DNA of 64,000 nt from Octopus vulgaris (lineage: Eukaryota), in contig OX597832.1 in assembly GCA_951406725.2 (NCBI GenBank), forward strand, positions 3,720,001 through 3,784,000, read 5' to 3'. A program made the position numbers and the translations under genes. The notes under the pieces are model-generated. The model was not told where the DNA came from. It saw nothing but the letters and a program-made list of their open reading frames with translations, and ran no database searches. Shown here piece after piece: positions 41,351 through 51,807 of this stretch. Position 1 is the first letter of the stretch. Each line of letters opens with the position of its first letter.

Positions 41351-44300
41351 CTTCTTCTTCTTCTTCTTTATTCCAGAAATATCTTGGCTGATGTTTTAGA
41401 CATTTGACAGTTTTGTGTCCCTTTTTTTTTTAGAAATGTATGCATAATGAATTTCCTGATTTTAATAGATTTTAGTGGCTGTTGGTTTTTTTGTTGTTTT
41501 TTTTTAATACACTGGTGTTCTGATTCCTGCTTCTGACCTTTTATACAAAAAACAAATGATCTGAAAAATACTCATCCCAACATATAAAAGTTCCTAATTC
41601 CAGTCCAGTCAAGTTATATATACTCAACCAAGAGTAAAATATATGATCATCATCAAAACAGATTGTAGATGTAAATATTGTAAACATGCTTTTTATCAAA
41701 AAAGTAAATTAATGATCTGAAATATCATTATCTTTGAGTGAATGTTATTATCTTGATTTCAGGGTCGTAATGGACTTGGATCAATCTATATATGGTCTAC
41801 AGGTAATGGTGGTGCCAGATATGATGATTGCAATGCTGATGGTTATGTTGGTAGTATAGAAACTGTAGCAGTGGGCTCTATATCAGACAACGGCTTAAAA
41901 CCTGATTTCCTGGAAGAATGTCCATCAATGTTTGTAGTAACACCAACAGGAAATAAACCCTTTAAACCATTCAAAAAAGGAAATAAGGAAAGGATACAAG
42001 TTGTAAGTTGCTTTTCATTGTGCATAAAGCTTTCTTTTTCTCTTTTACTACTTTTGCTATGTATAATAGTTTAAATTATTAGGTGTAGTGGTTTATATCG
42101 TTTTAAATATATCACAATAAATAATTATAATCTTCTAATTAAATTAAGGAAAGAGAAAATAATAGTTCAATCTTACTAAACAGTTGTAAAGTTTAATTAT
42201 GTAACATACAGGTGCAAATATGGCTGTGTGGTAAGAAGTTTGCTTCCCAACCACATGGTTCCAGGTTCAGTCCTTACTGTGTGGCACCTAGGGCAAGTGT
42301 CTTCTACTACAACCTCAGACCAACCAAAGCCTTGTGAGTGGATTTGGTAGACAGAAACTGGAAGAAGCCCATGACATGTTTGCTTGTGTATCTGTGTTTG
42401 TCCTCCACCATCACTTGACAACCGATGTTGGTGTGTTTACATCCCTGTAACTTAGCAGTTAGACAAAAGAGACCGATAGAACAAGTACTAGGCTTACAAA
42501 AAATAAGTCCTGGGCTGATTTGTTTGACTAAAGGAGGTGCTCCAGCATGGCTGCAGTCAAATGACTGAAATGAGTAAAAGAGAATATCAGAATGATTTCA
42601 TATAATTTCTCTGATACTTACATGTACTCCTGATTTGCCTTATATGGTATGTTAGATTTAAAACTTAAACTAAAATAGAAATCAGTAAAAGCCAATAAAA
42701 ATTTGGTCTTGTGTACAAAGGATCAATGCTGTGCTCACGTACACAAATTTGCACCTTGCAAAAAAACTTGTATTTCACATTGTAACCAGTTGCAAATTTT
42801 TGTGTAGAGGAGTGGAGCTCACTGTTATAGACATAAAAGTTTGAGGTACTAATCCTTCCGCAAGAAGATTTGTATTTTCTTACTGGGGATAATACTGTTT
42901 AGGAAATATGAAGCAATTAACACTGTTAGATATAAATACTTTGGATAAATGAAATATTGATTAATAATTTTCTCTGAGGATGCCAGTGGGGGTGACATCT
43001 CATGCAACATGCCACATGGACACTGAGGATGAGGAAGTGTCTCACAGAGATGGGAACAGACTAGGACACAGCTTGAAAGGTTGCCTAGGATGACCCAAGT
43101 AAATACCAAAAACGGTGAATGAAGTGATGTTCTTCAATGGTTCATACCTCCACACCTGACCTGAAAACAAAAAGAAAGAAGAGTTGCATGAAAATTTTGA
43201 TAGTTTGATCATGCTACACTTTGTAATTGGTTAGCAAGCTGGACATAATATCTTCATATTGTGTTACTTACTGAACTTGATTTATAAAGAATTAGAGATA
43301 TCAGGTCTTGTTACTTGTGTGATCTAATTAGAATGAAACTTCTTTTGTCTCCTACTTGTAACATTAATTCTTTTGATACCAAAACTCCTGAGACTGCCAC
43401 TTGTCTTATGTTACAAATTTCAAGTTTTAAAATGAGCGAAACTAAAACCTTCCATGAAGATATCATGTCAATTTATGTTCCAAACACCATCTTAAAAATG
43501 ACAACCTTATTTTAACAAATTCTTCCATTAATTTGATAATTAATTGAAGCAAAGGCAGAATTTTTTGACAGTAATATGGTAACAAAATTGTTAATGTGCC
43601 AAACAGGTCAAGGTCTTCCTAAAAGACTCGTTCCAGTTTGGAAATTGGTAGTTTACATATTAATCTTCATTTTTGCCCTTTCTTGAACATCCATTGTCCA
43701 CTGAACTATCATTTCTGGTTTATATATCATTAACTGAATAACTAAGAAAATTCATGCTCAATAAAATGTTATTTTTACTGCATTTAAATGCTTTCTGTAA
43801 TCAATCTTGTCTAAATTAATTATTTTTTTTGTCTATTAAGTTATATTTAAACATATTAAGGACAAATCATAGAATGATATTATAAAATGTACATCCTTAT
43901 TTTTGTATGAAGTCTTTGTAAGTACTTGTATTTCCAAACCTTGCTTATTAAATTTTCTTCACTAATTTACTTTATCATAATAATCTATCATTTCATACAT
44001 TTTGCATGAAGCTGGAGGATGAGGGGGAGGAGGAGGAGACAATGACCTTTTGAAACTCTCCCAGACAAGCAGGATTAATGTCATTGATGACCAGCTTTAA
44101 TTACATAAGTTGTGTGTGTGTGTGGAAGATGTTAAAGAGAATAGTTTTAGGTAGGAAGTATTGGGAAAAGGTTTAGTTCTGAGTTTGGGAACGATCTCCC
44201 TTTCCTCTCTGATAGGGATGGTGAATGAAGGAGAAGCAAAAACAATTGGCAGAGGTGGTGCATTGCTCATAAATTTAAAAGAGTAAAAAGTGATAGAAGA

Positions 44301-44943
44301 CAGACAAAAAAAAAGCACAACATGGCTGTGAACCAATGATTGTAATGCGTTGATGAATGCATCTCAGACAATCAGTCAATTGGCCTGTTAATAGGGTGTT
44401 TTCTAGGATGTTGTGTATGTATCATCAGTACAGTTCAGTTATATAAACAGAAATCTAATGTGCGTCATACAAAAAGCTTTGTAGAGATGATGTAGTATTA
44501 GCTATATATTGTATATGTGCGTGGTTGCTATGAAAGAACAACAGAGACAGTAACGCCTACCATGACAGTCTTAGCTGTCATGAGGAAGGGTGTGTAGTGA
44601 TGTCAGAATATTTCCTAAATATGTGCAATGGTTGAGATTTGTGTTTTGATAAGAACACAAGGTTGTAACAGCCTGTTAGGGTGAGCTTTAGGCTGTATAT
44701 TGTTCGTGTTTGTCTTTAAAAGGTTAAGTAAGACCGTATCAAATGTACAGGAGTGTGTGTTGTTAGAAATGACAATACAAAGTCAACAATGTTAAAACGA
44801 AAGTGGGTGTTGGAAGTAAAATCAAACTCTGAGACACTACGAGGGAGCGATCTGGCAAGAAATGTTTGGTCCAAAAACTTGAGACACACGTGACCCAAGA
44901 GTTTTACATATATACATGCTCACATGCATACATACATACGTAG

Positions 44944-44994
<51 letters not shown>

Positions 44995-45056
44995 TGTGTA
45001 TATGTATGTATGTGTGTATATATATATATATGTATATACACATGTATGTATATATG

Positions 45057-45120
<64 letters not shown>

Positions 45121-45403
45121 TGTATCATACATACGTACATGCATACATACATACATACATACATACATACATACATACATAAAAAGCACCATTTGAGCGT
45201 GGCCGCTGCCAGTACCGCCTGACTGGCCCTCGTGCCGGTGGCACATAAAAGCACCCACTACACACTCGGAGTGGTTGGCGTTAGGAAGGGCATCCAGCTG
45301 TAGAAACTCTGCCAGATCAGACTGGAGTCTGGTGCAGCCATCTGGTTCACTTGACCTCAGTCAAATCGTCAACCCATGGAAAGCGGACGTTAAACGATGA
45401 TGA

Positions 45404-45459
<56 letters not shown>

Positions 45460-45990
45460 TAGAGATAATGGAGAAATTATACAAAATGTATAAATAGATG
45501 ATGAGTAAAGCACTGTCACAGTAGTCATATGCTTGTCTCAAAGCTTAAGCCACGCAAGTGTAAGTTGTTATCCGTAAATTTTTTTCAGGAACTTCGTAGT
45601 GGCGGTTGGGATAATAGTATTAATAAAATAGATGTAATGAATAAAATGTTTTATTAGGTACGACACATGTTTCGACCCGTTCTGGGTCTCTTCGGGTACA
45701 TCAATAAAAAAAAAAAGTCTTTACTAGAGATTTTCTGATTCGGTTTTATGTACCGTTATAAGTCCATGAACTTCGAGAATGAGTACAAAGAAGAGAAAAA
45801 TTGAAACGCAAAAAATTCAAATGTGAACGTGAAACTTATACATAGAAAAATAGCGTAATGAGCCTTCGTTGTTGTAACTATTAAGAGAAAGAAAAGGATG
45901 TAGAAGTTGAAAGGAGAATGATACTTAGACGAAATTTTTTTGTGTTCGTGCTTAGACGCGCGTATACATACACAGATACATATGTAAATG

Positions 45991-46047
<57 letters not shown>

Positions 46048-46342
46048 TATATGTAGAAAAATACAAACTGGGACAAGAACGTAAAACATTTAGAAGACGA
46101 TACAAAAAACACGGACGGGACATTCGAAGCCTTTAATCTTCAGTCAAGAACCGGATCATCCTCGCAATTTCGGCTGATTAATCTTGAGATCGCTCCGATC
46201 CGGCCATCCCCAAGGAAAAACTAAGCTACGAGCATTAGATTTCTTGGAAAAAGGATCGAATGTATACGAAACAAGGACAGAAAAACGGACGATGCCACTA
46301 CATACGCACATCCAAGTATATGGGTATATACATACAGCTATG

Positions 46343-46391
<49 letters not shown>

Positions 46392-48947
46392 CAGGCTTTC
46401 AGTTTTTGTCTACCAATTCCACTCACAAGGCCAGTCTGGGATTATAGCAGAAGACATATGTTCAGGATGCCATGCAGTGGGATTGAATCTGAAACCATTT
46501 GGATGGGAAACAAAAGCTTCTTACTACACCGCCAGGTCTACGCCTCTGTGTGTGAGCTTGCGTGTGCGTGCCTGTGTTTGTTCGTTCGTTTGTTTGTTTG
46601 TGTGTGTGTGTGTGTGTTTGTTCGTTTGTTTGTGTGTGTCTGTGTGTCTGTGTGTACATGCGTGCATGTTTGTGTGTAAAGACAATAGGAATTAAGAGGA
46701 TCGGTACAAGAAAATCACAATTCAACAAATATGGAATTAGTTAAACGCTTCAGTAGAGAAAGACAGAACCTTAACGTTTCAGACGTCAGTGCTTCATCAG
46801 AAGAAAAGACAGAGAAAATGATAAGGGAGAATGAGAAAGAGAAATAGTCTGTGTAGTAAAAGAAGTGAGAGGAGAGATATAAGAGGAAGGCGAAGGATTA
46901 TAAACTAGACGGCAATCTTGTTCCGTTGGGATAGTTATGAACGGAGAAAGTGTCGACTCGTGTATCAGAGAATATCTGTCTATATGTGTATGTGTTTGTT
47001 AAAGTACGGCATATGTATGTATAAGCATGGCTGTGTGGTAAGAAGTAATGCTTTTCAACCTTATGGTTCCGAGTTCAGTCCCACTGCATGACATGACACC
47101 TTGGGCATATGTCTTCTACTATAACCTCGGGCCGACCAAAGCCTCGTGAGTGGATTTGGTAGGCGGAAACTGAAAGAAGACCGTCGTACGTACATACATA
47201 CACACATACATACATACATATCAGGTCATTAAGAATGAAATGTCCGATTTTGAACTGAAAGTTTATTTTACTTTATTTCAACAAAAAGCAATGCAATTAA
47301 TCAAAGTATGCACCTAAATTATCAACACAATTTTGCTATTTTATCAGTAGCTTATTTATGCCAGCAGCGAAGAATTCTGGAGAGCAAGAGGTGAGGAAAT
47401 CACAAACGGCTGTTTGCATCTTCTTCTGATTTGAAGTTTTTTCCTTGCAAAAAGTTGTCTAATGCCTGGAAAACGTGATAGTCAGTGGGTGCAAGGTCGA
47501 GTGAATATGATAGATGACAGGGTACTTCCTGTAATTTAAGTAGAGTTCTTTGTGCGACATGTGGTCGAGCATTGTCTTGCAAGAGAATTGGCCTGTCTCT
47601 ATTGACCAATCTCGATTGTTTAATTGCAACTTCACTCATCATTTCATCCAACTTTATCCGCTTTAATTGACTTACCAGGTCTCATGAAGCTGTAGTGGAC
47701 GACACCAGCGCTGGAGCACCAAACAAACACCATTAGCTTTTTTTGGTGACTATTCTTTTTTGGATTGTGTTTTGGCATTTTGCTTCTATCCAACGACAGT
47801 GCAGAACGCTTGCTATTGGTAAAAGAATCCATTTTTCATTACACGTAACAATACGATGCAAAAATGGTTCGTTTTTAGCCATGACAGCAAAGACCAGCAA
47901 CTTTTAAGACGACTTGTTATTTGATGCTCGTCCAGCTTTTTTACCTTGTCAAGCTTCTTTGCCTTGCCGATTTGTTTCAGATGGTTTAATGCAGTTGGAA
48001 TCGAAACTACAAACCTTGCTGCTAACTCACGCGTAGTTTGAGATGTATCTGGTTCCACTATAGTTTCCACCTCATCATTATCTACCACGGGACCGATTTT
48101 TTCTAGAGTAAAGTCACCAGACCGGAATTTCTCAAACTATCGACATACAGTGCGCTCATTCGCCACATCTTCACCAAACACCTCATTGGGGTTTTGAGCT
48201 GTCTGGGATGCATTGGTTCCATGACGGAACTCATATTCATAAACAGCACGAATTTTTGATCCACCCATGGGTTCACAAAAATTGATTTGCAAGAGAAAAC
48301 TCACAATATAATCAGACACCATGAATTGCATTTCGAAAAGTGATAATGTAACTCTTCAATGTTGTAAAACAAAGAATTGTCAGAATAAAATATTAGAGTT
48401 AACGACTGCCAAACTTGGTGCATCAGAAAATCGGACATTTCATTCTTAATGACCTGATATGTGTGGTAAGAAGTTTGCATCTCAACCACATGGTTCCAGG
48501 TTCAGTCTCACTGCGTGGAACTTTGGGCTAGTGTCTTCTACTATAGCCTCGAGCCGACCAAAGCCTTGTGAGCGGATTTGGTAGACGGAAACTGAAAGAA
48601 ACCCGTCGTGTGTATATGTATTTATGTGTATGTGTCTGTGCTTGTTCCCTGCCATCGCTTGACAACTGACGCTGGTGTGTTTTTTCTCCGTAACTTAACG
48701 GTTCGGCCTAAGAGACTGATAAAATAAGTACCAATCTTACAAAGAATGAGTCCTGGGGTCGATTTCTTCGACTGAAAATACTTTAAGGCGGTGCTCTAGC
48801 ATGGCCTCAGTCAAATGACAGAAACAATTAAAATAATATCGTTAGAGGTGCGGAATTGCGTTTGGCCCTCTGGCCCATAACTGATGAGGAGTTGGTGACC
48901 CCCTGTGTCTGTTTTCTGTTCGTTTGTGCATTTATTGTGCTTTTAAA

Positions 48948-48988
<41 letters not shown>

Positions 48989-49773
48989 ATTTGTGTCGGT
49001 GTTTGTCCTCCACACTGCTTGACAACCAGTGTTGGCGTGTTTACGTCCCCGTAACCTAGCGGTTCGACAAAGAGGACGATAGAATAAGTACAAGGCTTTA
49101 AAAAAAAGGTACTAGGGTTGATTCGTTCGACTATATTTGAACGTGGTACCCCAGCATGGCCATAGTCTACTGACTGAAGCAAAAGATTAAAAGATTATTG
49201 TAGAAGTATACTGGCATTGGGTGAGGATAAGCGTTGGCGTGTATGTGTATTGTTGTTAGAGGGTAGAGTGAAAGTGTGTACGTGAGGAGATGAGAGTGGG
49301 TGCATGCCTGTGGGAATAAAGATATTAGTGAAACACATTGGACAGTAAAAGCAAGAAGGAAGATGCATTGATGAGTATGTGGTAAGTGCATATACAAAAG
49401 CAAGTAGAAATGGAAACTACAGGAATGTGTCACCCACGCGACATTGTTTACGCTTAACTTCCTTAAAAATGCATATTTTTAATGAAATTTTTCAGAGATG
49501 CGTTTTTGAGGCTACATATTTCGATTATCTTGATAAAATTTGAAGTTTCAGATCATCTCTTCCTCTAATATCTCTTTATATTTTTCATGAAAAATTTGTC
49601 AGCATATTAGGCACAGGCGTGGCTGTGTGGTAAGAAGCTTGCTTGCCAACCACATGGTTCCGGGTTCGGTCCCGCTGCATAGCACCTTGGGAAAGTGTCT
49701 TCTGTTATAGTCTCGGGCTGATCAAAGCCTTGTGAGTGGATTTAGTTGACGGAAACTGAAAAAAAAGCCCGTC

Positions 49774-49820
<47 letters not shown>

Positions 49821-50939
49821 TAAGTTTGTGTGTTTTGCGCCTTAAAATTTGGAGCAAAAAGGTTTTGTAAGGGATTATGATACTATCCATGTATAAGAAA
49901 CTCCCATTTTCTTTAACCTAATTTTTGACAAAAATTGGGTTCCTTATACACGTTAAAATAAGGTACCTCCTATTCAGATTAACCCCCACCCCCGATAACT
50001 TCAAATCGCTTTCAGATTACCGCCGGGGGTAATCTGAAATCGAATTCAAGATACCCCATACGATTTTAAATTACCCCCACCTAAGATCCCTCTCCAAATG
50101 TTTATCACTGTGATTGTAAATAGGGAGACAATAGGTGAACCCATTAAATGTGTGTTGATGTTTATTATGTGTGTATATGCGTAATGTACATTGTACATGA
50201 AAGAGAAAGTAATATAAATTAAAGAGAAAGTCAGAGCTTTCATTTAGTTGGAGTTTTCACTTAATTATTTAGAGCTGAAGAAATTTAAAAGAAGCATATC
50301 CAGAATGGCTACTTTTAGTACACAAGGCAAAGCTAACAACATTGATTTGATATTTGATTATGTGGTTAACAACAAATTTGGACCTCATATGTCCAAAAAC
50401 GAAAAGGCAAACCTACGTTGGCTCTCTGTGCCTTATGTCGCACAGGGTGGTCAACTCTACTATCGTTGTAGAGTCGAGAGAGTTAAAAATTCTGAAAATA
50501 AATACTGAGAAGTCTTGGTCATTCGCAACCCGGGTAAACAGAAGAGTATTATTTCAAGTATTTACATGGGCTGTGGAGATAGGGATACTGCCCGCTGCTT
50601 CGGAAGTCATCTTGGTGTTGACAGAATAAGGGATAAAATTTTAGAGAGGTTTTGTTGGGAAAATGTGAGCAACAACACGAAAGAGTTCATTTTGTCTTGA
50701 GATCAGTGTCAAAAAATGAACCCTGTTCACAAAATTAATGTTGGAGAGCTTCCCAAATGAAGTGATGGCCCAAATTGGTGTCGATATCACCAATTTACTG
50801 AAAATAGATGATGGTTATTGTTGCAATTGTGTGGCAATGGATTACCTTTCTAATTACGAAAAAGGAGGCAGTCAAAATTTTGAATAATTCTTTATTAGCG
50901 CCTTCATTCATTTATCCGAACTCTTCAAATAAAACAAAG

Positions 50940-50996
<57 letters not shown>

Positions 50997-51389
50997 TGTA
51001 CATTTAAACACATAAGAGATGGCCATAATAAGACATCTAACATGCTAGAAGGAATAGTTAAAATCCAAACCACTATTAGGGGTAATTTCGAAAGGGAATG
51101 AAAAATAAAAACATTTACCATCTATTTCCTGTACCATGGTTTCGAGCTATATCCAGCAAATAAGATAATTTGCTAGACGCAGCTATCATCAGCAGGAAAG
51201 CCAAGGTTAACATATAAATACGAGGCAATACAGAACATGCCTCGCGCTTACATGTTATAATTTTTCAAATTCACCGCGCAATATATGAATAATATATAGT
51301 CTATTGACTAGTTTTTTTCTTCACGCTAGACCACTGGTAGCCAAAAATTTCTAAATAATTTTTTACTACCCTGAAATTTATTAATAATG

Positions 51390-51420
<31 letters not shown>

Positions 51421-51657
51421 TAAGGGTAGAAATTGATATTTATCAATTAAGACCAGTGGTCTAGCATATTAAAAAAGAATCCGAAGATTAAAATATTTAT
51501 ATATACCAATTAAGGACTGAACACGAAAAGTGGACAGTCAACATGCTAGATATAGACGTCAAATCGCCATTCACCACATAATCTTTTGTGGTGAATGGCG
51601 ATTTGACGTCTATATCTAGCATGTTGACTGTCCACTTTTCGTGTTCAGTCCTTAATT

Positions 51658-51704
<47 letters not shown>

Positions 51705-51776
51705 CTGCAACCTTTCAGGATATGCTCCCATTCTGAGGATAACGTCATTCCTTTTTGGTAACGATTATATGTTGTG

Positions 51777-51807
<31 letters not shown>

